NCBI GenBank assembly: GCA_965223795.1
Contig: CBDCXL010000002.1
Location: 1,024,001-1,088,000 of the forward strand
Length of the DNA stretch: 64,000 bases
From: Nitrospinales bacterium
Lineage (GTDB): Bacteria > Nitrospinota > Nitrospinia > Nitrospinales > VA-1
Reading direction: 5' to 3'
Positions within the stretch are counted from its first letter, which is position 1. Each line of letters begins with the position of its first letter. This document shows positions 1-8,725 of this stretch, in pieces. The notes under the pieces were generated by a model. That model was not told where the DNA came from. It was given only the letters and a program-made list of their open reading frames with translations, and made no database searches. Both the position numbers and the translations under genes were made by a program.

Positions 1-1
1 C

Positions 2-340
2 GGAGAGGGAAAACCGGCGGCTCTCGGCAAGGAACCAGCCATCCGCGGTTCCGGAATCCGGATTCACGTTGATGGCGAGATCGAGGATGGCGGCCAGTTC
101 GCCCAGCGGCAGGTATACCTTTCCGGCATGGAGATAGCCCAGCAAGCCGTCGTGCAGCAGGTAACGCCCGAACGTCACCTGCAGGACCAAAAGCTCCGGT
201 TCGGATTGGGAAAAAACAGAATTTTCTTCTTGGTGAGGAAGCGTCTGAGCGACTTCCAGGCTTTGAGCAGAAACGGAAACAACGGAAGAGATTCCAATGA
301 AGACGGCTGCAAAAAGCTTTAATGCGGCCGCACGTTTCAT
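2..340 (-). CDS. Putative outer-membrane usher-like protein of the pilus operon (5' part only; runs off the window edge)
   Basis: Not in the ORF track. ATG at 340 gives MKRAAALKLFAAVFIGISSVVSVSAQ (signal peptide) then ...LLVLQVTFGRYLLHDGLLGY...VYLPLGELAAILDLAINVNPDSGTADGWF, open to the edge. It lies directly downstream of a fimbrial chaperone. Confidence 0.6.
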   Translation of the reverse strand, partial: MKRAAALKLFAAVFIGISSVVSVSAQSLEVAQTLPHQEENSVFSQSEPELLVLQVTFGRYLLHDGLLGYLHAGKVYLPLGELAAILDLAINVNPDSGTADGWFLAESRRFSLS

Positions 341-363
341 TGCAAGAACGAGCGATCAGACCA

Positions 364-1227
364 TCAGGGTAAATTCAGACTCGCTTTCGCCAGCAATTGC
401 CCCCCCTGCTCTTCTTTTGCGCGGTATAGAACATGGATCTTTCCATCTTTTATCTTTCGTCCCTTGGGAAAAAGTGGGACTCTCACCTTTTTTGTTTTGA
501 GCGGAGACAGCACGCCGATCCCCTTTCCCGTGCCGATTTCAAATCCTTTTTTGCTCCCGGAAGGCTGGAAATACACTTTCAAATCTCCATAAACCGAACG
601 GTCGCCAAAACGGTTCAGGTGGATTGCCATCAAGGATTGTTTGTTTGAACTTGAAACCGACTCAATCCCCAGGTCGCTGATTTTGACCTTGGCGGACAAC
701 GCTCCCTGACGCACGATGACGGGGATCGATACCGCGTATCTCGGAATCAACCGAAGGGCGATTTCTCTTTCCTTGAGATCCAGAGTTTCGATGTCGGTGC
801 CCGCATCCTTGGGAGGGAGCGATTGAAAGAAAATGTGCGAGCGGTATTCACCGGGAGGAAGGTCTTTGGGTTTGCGAACCAGGAACCGGACGGTTTGCGA
901 GCCGCCAGGAGGAATGGTGATTTGCCTCGGCGAATAGCGGATCATGTGGTCCGCAAACCTTTCTCCCGGACCGGGAGATGTGATTTCTTCGATTTCTCCG
1001 TTTTCATGCAGTCGCAGGTTGCGGATGGTGACGCGGTAGGTGGCTGGTTTTGCGGAGTTGTTGAAGAGAAACACTTCCTGCGACCGTTTCCTGTTCTCAA
1101 AGACAATCCGTTTGGGACTGACCGCAATGCCTCCCATGCTTTGCGCTGAAAGCAAGGGAACACGTACAAAAATCAAAAGGATCACAGTTAGCACCCAAAC
1201 GGTTGCAATCTTTGTTTTTTTCATCAT
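364..1227 (-). CDS. Fimbrial/pilus assembly chaperone (PapD-like)
   Basis: Signal peptide; motifs GIAVSPKRIVF, IRYSPRQITIPPGGSQTVRF and GEYRSHIFF are typical of periplasmic pilus chaperones. Confidence 0.85.
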   Translation of the reverse strand: MMKKTKIATVWVLTVILLIFVRVPLLSAQSMGGIAVSPKRIVFENRKRSQEVFLFNNSAKPATYRVTIRNLRLHENGEIEEITSPGPGERFADHMIRYSPRQITIPPGGSQTVRFLVRKPKDLPPGEYRSHIFFQSLPPKDAGTDIETLDLKEREIALRLIPRYAVSIPVIVRQGALSAKVKISDLGIESVSSSNKQSLMAIHLNRFGDRSVYGDLKVYFQPSGSKKGFEIGTGKGIGVLSPLKTKKVRVPLFPKGRKIKDGKIHVLYRAKEEQGGQLLAKASLNLP

Positions 1228-1256
1228 GGATTCAGAAGTGCATACTCGTGAAAGGG

Positions 1257-1303
1257 AAAACCAGGGAGGGTCTTGAAAGTTTGGAAGTTCAAAACCACCC
1301 CTG
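1257..1303 (-). terminator. Probable intrinsic terminator/attenuator between the pilin and chaperone genes
   Basis: On the minus strand, the stem CAGGGGTGGTTTTGAA / TTCAAGACCCTCCCTG is followed by GTTTT. Confidence 0.5.
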
Positions 1304-1319
1304 ATTCAACCAATTTAAA

Positions 1320-1841
1320 TCAATTCAAATAGAGAGCGGTGATGTCATATGCACAAGTATTGAGGCCTTCGGCAACAGTGCTATCAATTGAAATTGTCGC
1401 CCCGTGGTTAATAGGGTCAACAGAACTTGACTGAGTGTGAGGGGTGCCACCTGAAAATACGAAATCAGACAATGAAAGCCCTGCATCACATGAAGTTTCG
1501 AGCCCTGAAAGGGTGACCTGTTCTCCTGCGGTGGCAGCCAGATCAAAGGACCCAACGGAACCCGTAGAGCTAGAGGATGCTTCACCGTCCCCTGTACTTG
1601 TAAGGTCATCCTTTTTGATTTCTCCTGTTAATAGCAAGTCATACACATCCTCTCCGGTGCTTGGCGCCTCTATAGTTCCAAAATTCATCCCAACGCCATT
1701 GGTTAGCTCGATGTTAGAAAGAATATTGACTGTCGCAGTCAATCCAATCGTTTCTGCATTCGCTGACAAGGGAACCATTGTCATGATTCCCACGATAAGG
1801 AGTACTTGCAATCGAACCTTCACCCAGTTTTTGACGTTCAT
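1320..1841 (-). CDS. DUF4402-like secreted pilin subunit (probable major pilin)
   Basis: GAGGAG RBS before ATG 1841; signal peptide ending ANA; MNFGTI motif; Cys pair; C-terminal YDITALYLN beta strand; upstream of the chaperone. Confidence 0.7.
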   Translation of the reverse strand: MNVKNWVKVRLQVLLIVGIMTMVPLSANAETIGLTATVNILSNIELTNGVGMNFGTIEAPSTGEDVYDLLLTGEIKKDDLTSTGDGEASSSSTGSVGSFDLAATAGEQVTLSGLETSCDAGLSLSDFVFSGGTPHTQSSSVDPINHGATISIDSTVAEGLNTCAYDITALYLN

Positions 1842-1965
1842 ATTTTTCGATCTCCTCAAATAAATTGGAACGTGATTAATTTTTGAGGACCCCTACACAG
1901 GCTCCCCAACCCATTGCGCGCGATCACGGCTGCGGGACTGAAATTCTAATTCTCAGTTTCATCCT

Positions 1966-2553
1966 CTAATGCGCGTACTCCACAAACACGGTGGACTGGC
2001 CCTGATGTTTGCCCGACACGCGGCCGGTGCGGATGCCGAGCGTGCCGCCGATGCGGATCGACGCCTTGCCGTCGACTCCGAGCCTGCCGCGAAGCTGGTC
2101 GCCGCGGAATTCGGACGGCCCTTCGGCCACGATGCCGTGGATGTCCCGGACCCTCAGCCCGTCTTTGGATTGTGAAAGCCGGATCTGGGTGGGCAGGGTG
2201 ACGACGATGCGTTTTCGCGGTTCCCCTTCCACTTCGTATTCCGCCGGTCCGAAGGACCCGCCCAGGTTGAGCCCGTTGATCACGGTTTTTTCTCCAGTGG
2301 CCGGGTCGATGATCACATCAATGCCTCCGGGCGCGGTGGGGGTGACTTTCCCGAATTTCAGTGAATGCAGCGCCCGGATCGTCAGTGCTTTGAGGCCGGC
2401 GCAGGAGGTGGATGCGGTGTGACACCTTTTAGAAGAATTCTTGAGAGCGGGATCGGAACCGGGAAAGCCTTCTGAGATAAGGACACCATTGAGAAAAAAC
2501 AGCGCCATCAGACAGACGCGAAAGCCTTTTTCTGTAATGGGATTCCGGATCAT
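1966..2553 (-). CDS. DUF4402-like secreted pilin-family protein
   Basis: Signal peptide; LKFGKV, GPAEYEVEGEP, IRIGGTL and G-x-H-x-G..VFVEY C-terminal pattern. Confidence 0.7.
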   Translation of the reverse strand: MIRNPITEKGFRVCLMALFFLNGVLISEGFPGSDPALKNSSKRCHTASTSCAGLKALTIRALHSLKFGKVTPTAPGGIDVIIDPATGEKTVINGLNLGGSFGPAEYEVEGEPRKRIVVTLPTQIRLSQSKDGLRVRDIHGIVAEGPSEFRGDQLRGRLGVDGKASIRIGGTLGIRTGRVSGKHQGQSTVFVEYAH

Positions 2554-2620
2554 GATCCTGGGAAAACGATTTCATCTGAAGCGTTCAACGACACCTTGAA
2601 CGTGCCGCCCTCAATATCCC

Positions 2621-2647
2621 TATTCGGAATCAATTCCGAATACTTGA
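2621..2647 (-). promoter_or_regulatory. Possible sigma-28-like promoter overlapped by a perfect palindrome
   Basis: Minus strand TCAAG-N14-TCCGAATA; 2621-2642 is the inverted repeat TATTCGGAAT-CA-ATTCCGAATA. Confidence 0.4.
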
Positions 2648-3181
2648 AAATAATTCGTTAAATCATCACTTAAATTGATGGAGATGCCCAAATTCCCTCT
2701 GGAAACACGGATTTCACCGGAGGACGCCGCCCGGTGCAACCGGTGAACCTTTCCGCTTTGCCGCCATTATCAACGGGAACGGTTCCGTTGCTGCGGTCTG
2801 GAAAGGCGGAATCGCTACCTTAAACACAGCGGGTTTTCCCGACATCGTCTCCGCCTCGGCGATCTTTCCAGAGCATCGCGACGTGACTGCCTGCCGGATT
2901 TGCCGGAACTTACCTTTTCACGCTGTCCCGGCCAAACCACGGCTCCCCGTCCGGCCTTTGATTTTCCGGGGCTATTGGGGCGGGACAGGTTTTTCGCGCC
3001 TCGCTCCAATCCATAAACAAAAGCATTTATTAAACCGTTGCGTCCCCCGCGGCGCGCCGGGGTCTTCACGCATGGACAAATGTTTCCGGAAGGGATATAG
3101 TTTTTAGGTACCTGATACATCTGCCGCAAGTGTGCAGCCCGTGCCGGCTTTTGGTTTCCTCTATGAAGGATTGCGAGTAAC

Positions 3182-6100
3182 GTGATTTCTAGAATCGGGT
3201 CACTTCATCATCTGGGAATACTGCGCCTTTTTATGCGAGTTCTGCGAACCCTTCGAAGAACCGGTGCGCCTTCCATCCGGCGATCCGGCGGCTGGCGCCG
3301 GGGGCCGCTCTGGGTGCCCGTCCTGCTGCTCCTCACCTTTGCCTTGCTGCCGCAGCAGACTCTCTCTTCCACAACCCGGGGCATCGTTTCGATGTCGGTG
3401 AAGGACAAGGCGGGGAAACAGATCACGCTGTACAAGGAAAGCCACGCTCTGATCGTCGGCGTCAGCGGCTACAACAAGGGCTGGCCGGCGCTGCCGGGCG
3501 TGAAACAGGACGTGCAGGCAGTGCGCGAAATCCTGGTCAAACTGGGTTTCCACGTCGTGGTGGTCATGGATCCGGATCAACGGGAACTGGAGGCGGCGTA
3601 CAAGGATTTTGTCCTCAAATACGGACTGGATCAGGAAAACCGCCTGCTGTTTTATTACGCCGGGCACGGGCACACGCACAAGCCGGAATACGCGACCAAC
3701 GACCCTGAGGAGTGGATGGGCTACCTTGTGGCCCGCGACGCGCCGGATCCGAAGCGGGATCTTTCCAATTTCTTCAAGCACGCTCTCAGCATGCGTTCCA
3801 TTGAAGGCGTCGCTCTCACGATCGAATCCAAACACGCTCTGTTCGTGTTCGACAGTTGTTTTTCCGGGACCATCTTCGGGCTGACCCGGGACATCCCGAA
3901 GGACATCCAGGAACGGACGGCGAAGCCGGTGCGCCAGTTCATCACCTCCGGCACCGCCGATCAGGTGGTTCCGGATGTCAGCATTTTCCGCAGGCAGTTC
4001 GTCTCGGCGCTGGAAGGGGAAGCGGACCGCAACCGGGACGGTTACGTGACGGGCACGGAGCTGGGACTGTTCATGGAAGAGACGGTCACCAACTTAAGCC
4101 GCCGCACCCAGACGCCGCGCTATGGAAAAATTCAGAACCGGTTTCTCAACCGGGGGGATTTCGTGTTTCCCATCAAATGGGAATCGGTGGTCAACGAACC
4201 CATCGTGTCCGAAGATATCCAGGAGCCGGATACGGACGATCCCAAGGCGCTGATCCAGTACCTCATCAACCTGTCCAAAAACCCGCGCATCGACCGGGGC
4301 GGCCGCGACAAAAAGATCGAAAAGCATTTCACCAAGCTGAGAAAGCTCGACAACCTGCGCGACACGGACGTGTCGATCAAAACCAAGATCAAACTGTGGA
4401 ATGATTTCATCACTCTCTACCCGCGAAACAACCCGTATCTGGAGGATGCGCGATCGATCCTGGAACAGCTGCAGGCAATGGCCCCGCCTGAGGTGGACAC
4501 CACGCAGCAGAAAATACAGACGGAGTTCGCGCGGCTCATGGCCATGGATCAGGAGGCGGTGCGTCTGGATAAGAAAATCCTGGCGTGGGAAGGGTTCCTC
4601 AAGCAGTTTCCCACCAACAACCCGAAGGAGGAGTTCGCCCGCTTCAAGATTGAAAAGCTGAATAAGGATCTGGATGCGCTGCTCGGGGCCGCGGGGAAAT
4701 CCAAGGGCTCCACGACGGCGCAGGCCCCCGCCGCTCCTTCGGCGGAGCAGGTGAAAATGCAGGAAAAAGAAAAGGCCCTCGCCGATGAGCTGGCGGCGCT
4801 CAAAGAGGAACAGCAGCGCATCGCGCAAAAGAAAGAACAACTGGCCAAGAAGCTGGAGGCGCAGCGCAAGGAACAGGCACGGCTGGCGGAAGAGCGCCGG
4901 CTGGCGGCGGAACGGGAAGCCAAGCGCATCGCCGAGGAAAAACGCCTGGCGGCGGAGCGGGAAGCGCGGTTGAAGGAAGAAAAACGGCTGGCGGAAGAAC
5001 GGCGGCTGGCGGCGGAACGGGAAGCCAAGCGCAAGGCCGAGGAAAAACGGCTGGCGGAACAGAAGCGCCTGGCGGAAGAAGCGGAACGCAAACGCCGGGA
5101 GGAAGAAAAGCGTCTTGCGGAAGAACGGCGGCTGGCCCAGGAGCTGGTGGCGAAAATCGAGGAGGAAAAACGACTGGCTGAAGAGCAGCGTCTGGCCGAG
5201 GAACAGGAAGCCAAACGCAAGGCCGAGGAAAAACGGCTGGCCGAGGAAAAACGGCTGGCCGCAGAAGCGGAAGCGAAACGGAAAGCGGAAGAATTTCGTC
5301 TGGCTGAGGAAAAACGTCTGGCCGCGGAAGCCGAGGCCAAACGCAGGGCCGAAGAAAAGCGTCTGGCAGCGAAGAAGCGGATGGAGGAAGCACAGGCGGC
5401 GCGTATGCTGGAAGAGAAACGCCGCGAGGAAGCCAAACAGCTGGCACAGAAGCAGCAAGCCGAAAAAATGGGGGCGGAAATCCTGAAAGCGGAGAAGCAG
5501 CTTTCGATGGAGCTTGCGGAACAGAAGAAGGAGCAGGATCGCATCGACGAGGAAAAACGCAAGCTGGCGGAAGAGCTGGACGCCATCCAGAAAGAGCAGC
5601 AGATGCTTGCGGAGGAAAACCGTCGGCTGGAGCTGGAGCAGCACGCGCAGATCCTCGAAGAAGCGCGCCTGGCCGAGGAACGGCGGCTGCTGGAATTCCA
5701 GGACACGCTGCCTCCCCCGGACATCGAACCGGAACCCATGGAACTGGCCCGCTTTGAACCGCAAACAAGCCAGCCCGAGCCGCCGAAACTCGGGGACATG
5801 GTTCTCGTGCCCTCCGGACAGTTCGTCATGAGCGGGGGAGATAAAAAGAAAAGCCAATATATCGGGGAATTTTACATCGACGCCAAAGAAGTCACGCAAG
5901 AGGAGTTCCGCCGCGTGATGGGAACCAACCCGTCGCTTTTCAAGGGGGATTCGCTTCCCGTCGAGCAGGTGACCTGGGAGGAAGCCAACCGCTACTGCAC
6001 TCAGATCGGCAAGCGCCTGCCCACCAGCGCGGAATGGGAAAAAGCAGCGCGCTCGGGCACCAACAGCAAGTTTATCTGGGGCGACCGTTTCCAGAAAAAC

Positions 6101-7207
6101 AAAGCCAACTGCACCGGCTGCGGCAGCGAGTGGGACGGCAGAAAAACCGCGCCGGTGGGAAGTTTCGAGCCCAACCGCTGGGGCCTGTACGACATGGCGG
6201 GCAACGTGTGGGAATGGGTGCAGGATTCGCACGAAGAAATCTTCAAAGTGCTGCGCGGCGGTTCGTGGATGGACGACACGAGCTTCATCCATGCGGGCGG
6301 GTTTTATTTCGTGCCGCCGGAGAACCGCAGCAGCGACATCGGCTTCCGCTGCGCGGTGTCCAAGGAAAACAAACGCCTGGCCGAACAGCACATGCATCCG
6401 GGGCAAAGCGGTTCGGGCGTGCGCACCGCCGGCCTGCCGCGGCAGAGTGTGGGCCGGGACTGGGAAATCCCGTTGCCTGAAGCAACGCCGCCCTCACAGG
6501 ACCTCAAAACCTCGGCGCTGGATTCCGGTGCTTCCCGCAAAAACCTGGGTGTGTCCGCCGATTCGCTGGAAGGGATGGTGCGGGTCGCCGCGGGAAAATT
6601 CAAGATGGGATCCGCAAGCGGCGATGCGGATGAAAAGCCGGTGCACACGGTTTTTCTCGACACGTTTCTGATCGACAAAACCGAGGTGACCCAACGGGAT
6701 TTCGAAGCCGTGATGGGATTCAACCCGTCGGAGTTCAAACGCAAGGACGGCCCGGTGGACAACGTCACCTGGAAAGAAGCGGCCGACTACTGCGCAAAAG
6801 TGGGTAAACGGCTGCCCACCGAAGCGGAATGGGAAAAGGCCGCGCGCGCGGGCACGAACAGCAAGTATTTCTGGGGCAACCAGGCCGATGCGGAATTCGG
6901 CTGGTGGGGCTCGGACGACGCGTCCTGGTATGGACCGCACCCTGTGGGGAAAAAGCAGCCCAATCCGCTGGGCATTCACGACATGGCGGGCAACGTGTGG
7001 GAATGGGTGCAGGACTGGTTCGGTGAAGGCTATTACGGCGGCAGTCCGGAAAGCAATCCCAAAGGCCCCGCGACGGGAACGGAAAAAGTGCTGCGGGGCG
7101 GCGGCTGGGATGAATCGCCGACCTTCGTGCGTATGGCCAACCGCGCCCACAGCGCGCCTTCGGAGCGTTACAACGTCAACGGGTTCCGCTGCGCCAAAAC
7201 TCCCTGA
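3182..7207 (+). CDS. Exported caspase-family (peptidase C14) protein with long charged coiled coil and two FGE-sulfatase-fold domains
   Basis: Hydrophobic leader; YYAGHG (His) and FDSCFSG (Cys) dyad; EEKRLAAE-type repeats; two RLPTxAEWEKAAR / DMAGNVWEW / GFRC domains. The true start may be downstream of 3182. Confidence 0.85.
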   Translation: MISRIGSLHHLGILRLFMRVLRTLRRTGAPSIRRSGGWRRGPLWVPVLLLLTFALLPQQTLSSTTRGIVSMSVKDKAGKQITLYKESHALIVGVSGYNKGWPALPGVKQDVQAVREILVKLGFHVVVVMDPDQRELEAAYKDFVLKYGLDQENRLLFYYAGHGHTHKPEYATNDPEEWMGYLVARDAPDPKRDLSNFFKHALSMRSIEGVALTIESKHALFVFDSCFSGTIFGLTRDIPKDIQERTAKPVRQFITSGTADQVVPDVSIFRRQFVSALEGEADRNRDGYVTGTELGLFMEETVTNLSRRTQTPRYGKIQNRFLNRGDFVFPIKWESVVNEPIVSEDIQEPDTDDPKALIQYLINLSKNPRIDRGGRDKKIEKHFTKLRKLDNLRDTDVSIKTKIKLWNDFITLYPRNNPYLEDARSILEQLQAMAPPEVDTTQQKIQTEFARLMAMDQEAVRLDKKILAWEGFLKQFPTNNPKEEFARFKIEKLNKDLDALLGAAGKSKGSTTAQAPAAPSAEQVKMQEKEKALADELAALKEEQQRIAQKKEQLAKKLEAQRKEQARLAEERRLAAEREAKRIAEEKRLAAEREARLKEEKRLAEERRLAAEREAKRKAEEKRLAEQKRLAEEAERKRREEEKRLAEERRLAQELVAKIEEEKRLAEEQRLAEEQEAKRKAEEKRLAEEKRLAAEAEAKRKAEEFRLAEEKRLAAEAEAKRRAEEKRLAAKKRMEEAQAARMLEEKRREEAKQLAQKQQAEKMGAEILKAEKQLSMELAEQKKEQDRIDEEKRKLAEELDAIQKEQQMLAEENRRLELEQHAQILEEARLAEERRLLEFQDTLPPPDIEPEPMELARFEPQTSQPEPPKLGDMVLVPSGQFVMSGGDKKKSQYIGEFYIDAKEVTQEEFRRVMGTNPSLFKGDSLPVEQVTWEEANRYCTQIGKRLPTSAEWEKAARSGTNSKFIWGDRFQKNKANCTGCGSEWDGRKTAPVGSFEPNRWGLYDMAGNVWEWVQDSHEEIFKVLRGGSWMDDTSFIHAGGFYFVPPENRSSDIGFRCAVSKENKRLAEQHMHPGQSGSGVRTAGLPRQSVGRDWEIPLPEATPPSQDLKTSALDSGASRKNLGVSADSLEGMVRVAAGKFKMGSASGDADEKPVHTVFLDTFLIDKTEVTQRDFEAVMGFNPSEFKRKDGPVDNVTWKEAADYCAKVGKRLPTEAEWEKAARAGTNSKYFWGNQADAEFGWWGSDDASWYGPHPVGKKQPNPLGIHDMAGNVWEWVQDWFGEGYYGGSPESNPKGPATGTEKVLRGGGWDESPTFVRMANRAHSAPSERYNVNGFRCAKTP
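4870..5380 (+). repeat. Intragenic tandem repeats encoding EEKRLAAEREAKRKA-like units
   Basis: Recurrent GAGGAAAAACGGCTGGC-like DNA units; boundaries approximate. Confidence 0.8.
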
Positions 7208-7222
7208 TCCGATACCGCCCGA

Positions 7223-7717
7223 TCAATTCGGCTTGCCGCCTTCCCACCATTTTCCCCAACGCACCGAAGAAATGCTCTGCGAAAATTTGGGGCCTTCGCG
7301 GTAAAACACCTGATACGCTCCGTTGTCCTCGGTGGCATTGAGGCTGTGCCATTTTCTTTTGGGAAATCCTTCCAGCTCGGAAATCCAGACGCGGTTTTTG
7401 TCCTTTTTGCGGATCACCAGAAAACCCGTGTCGCGGCCGTAATCGAAATCGGCGAACAGCGTCACGGTGGCGCCGGGAGGCCCGTCGAGAATGATGGAAT
7501 AGACTCCCGTGCAGAAATAATAGTTGAAACTCCTCAGATCGTTCAGATCCTTGCCGGAAGCGAGCTTCAGCCTGCCCTCGCAGCTGTCCATGATGGTGCC
7601 GAAACCGCCGAGATCGGGACCTTTGACCAGTGTCAGCTCTGCGGATTCATTGCCCGAAAGCGGTGCAGACAGCCAGAGAACGGTGAGCAGCAGCGATCCG
7701 GCAAGAAGGGGTTTCAT
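7223..7717 (-). CDS. Hypothetical secreted protein
   Basis: ATG 7717 gives the signal peptide MKPLLAGSLLLTVLWLSAPLSG; 164 aa. Confidence 0.65.
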   Translation of the reverse strand: MKPLLAGSLLLTVLWLSAPLSGNESAELTLVKGPDLGGFGTIMDSCEGRLKLASGKDLNDLRSFNYYFCTGVYSIILDGPPGATVTLFADFDYGRDTGFLVIRKKDKNRVWISELEGFPKRKWHSLNATEDNGAYQVFYREGPKFSQSISSVRWGKWWEGGKPN

Positions 7718-7896
7718 GTCTGTCGTCCTCGATGGAGTGGGCCATTCCCAGGGATTCCGGCTCGATCTCCCGGGCACTCAAGTATCTCGCATCGTTTTTA
7801 GTAAATCAACCCGCGAACGCGCGAACAGGAGGGTTCGCCCCGGTGCGTGAGCGGCGCTTTTTCCGGCTTACGGAAGCGGCCGTCCGGAGCGCAGGC

Positions 7897-7936
7897 AAAA
7901 AAAATTCCACCCCCGTAAAACGGGGATGGAATTTTT
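7897..7936 (-). terminator. Intrinsic terminator, possibly bidirectional
   Basis: AAAATTCCA-CCCCCG-TAAAA-CGGGG-ATGGAATTTT stem flanked by A/T runs, downstream of the DUF4399 gene. Confidence 0.7.
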
Positions 7937-7954
7937 CCGCGGAGAACCGCGTTG

Positions 7955-8362
7955 TTATCTCACGACAAAGCTGATCGCGTTGGTGACCGGCGGGTCGTAG
8001 GGAACATGGTCGCCGGTGGCGAACAGGGTCTGGATGGTGTGAAAACCGGGCTCCAGGTTCAGCGTCTTGCAGCTCGATCCATCGCCCATATGGACATGGT
8101 TCTGGTCTTTCGGGATCGGCTTGCTCAGATCCTTGGGAACCGGGACGTCGATCAGAAGATGATGGTGGCCGGCCCCCTTGCGGACGCCTTTGCTGGCCGG
8201 TTCCACCGCATAGCCTTTCACGTCCATGCAGATTTCCACCGGCGCGCTCACCGTTGAATTGGCGACGGGCTTGGTGAAAGTGATTCCCGGAGCGCAGCCC
8301 CACTGGAATCCCAGAAAGACAAGGCCTGCCGCGGCCATCCAATACCGTGCTGTGCGTTTCAT
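7955..8362 (-). CDS. DUF4399 domain lipoprotein
   Basis: Lipobox-like QWGC; GHHHLLID, HVHMGDG, PGFHTI and GDHVPY motifs. Confidence 0.8.
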   Translation of the reverse strand: MKRTARYWMAAAGLVFLGFQWGCAPGITFTKPVANSTVSAPVEICMDVKGYAVEPASKGVRKGAGHHHLLIDVPVPKDLSKPIPKDQNHVHMGDGSSCKTLNLEPGFHTIQTLFATGDHVPYDPPVTNAISFVVR

Positions 8363-8725
8363 GCTGCCCCCTTTTTAGCTAGAAATGGTTTGAAAAAAAT
8401 TCCGGCCCGCTCCGAACCCGGATCCATCCTGGGCCTGATCGTATGGTCTGCGTCCTGCCGCCGCTTCCCCTGATTTGAGGGGTGCGGCCGCGTCTTTCGT
8501 TCTCCCGGTCAAGACGCAACTGCGCCGGGCCCGGCAGTCCTCCGTCCTGATTCCGATCGGTTGTACTGGGCGATGCGCCTCCCGCAGAGGCGGAGTTGCA
8601 ATCCGTTTGCATTGCACGCGATTTCCGGATTATACCCCAAACCCGCGGCCCGGCTTCAAATATTTTTTGCGGCGGCATCCGCGCGCACTCCCGTTCGGGC
8701 CAAACTTCGACGGCGCGCCGGAGGC

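Noticed and set aside
4094..6406. Long antisense ORFs (also 9992-12286, 23052-24872, 25587-27110, 40592-42454, 51638-53305 and others)
   Set aside because: Shadow frames of well-supported genes in GC-rich DNA, with no recognisable motifs.
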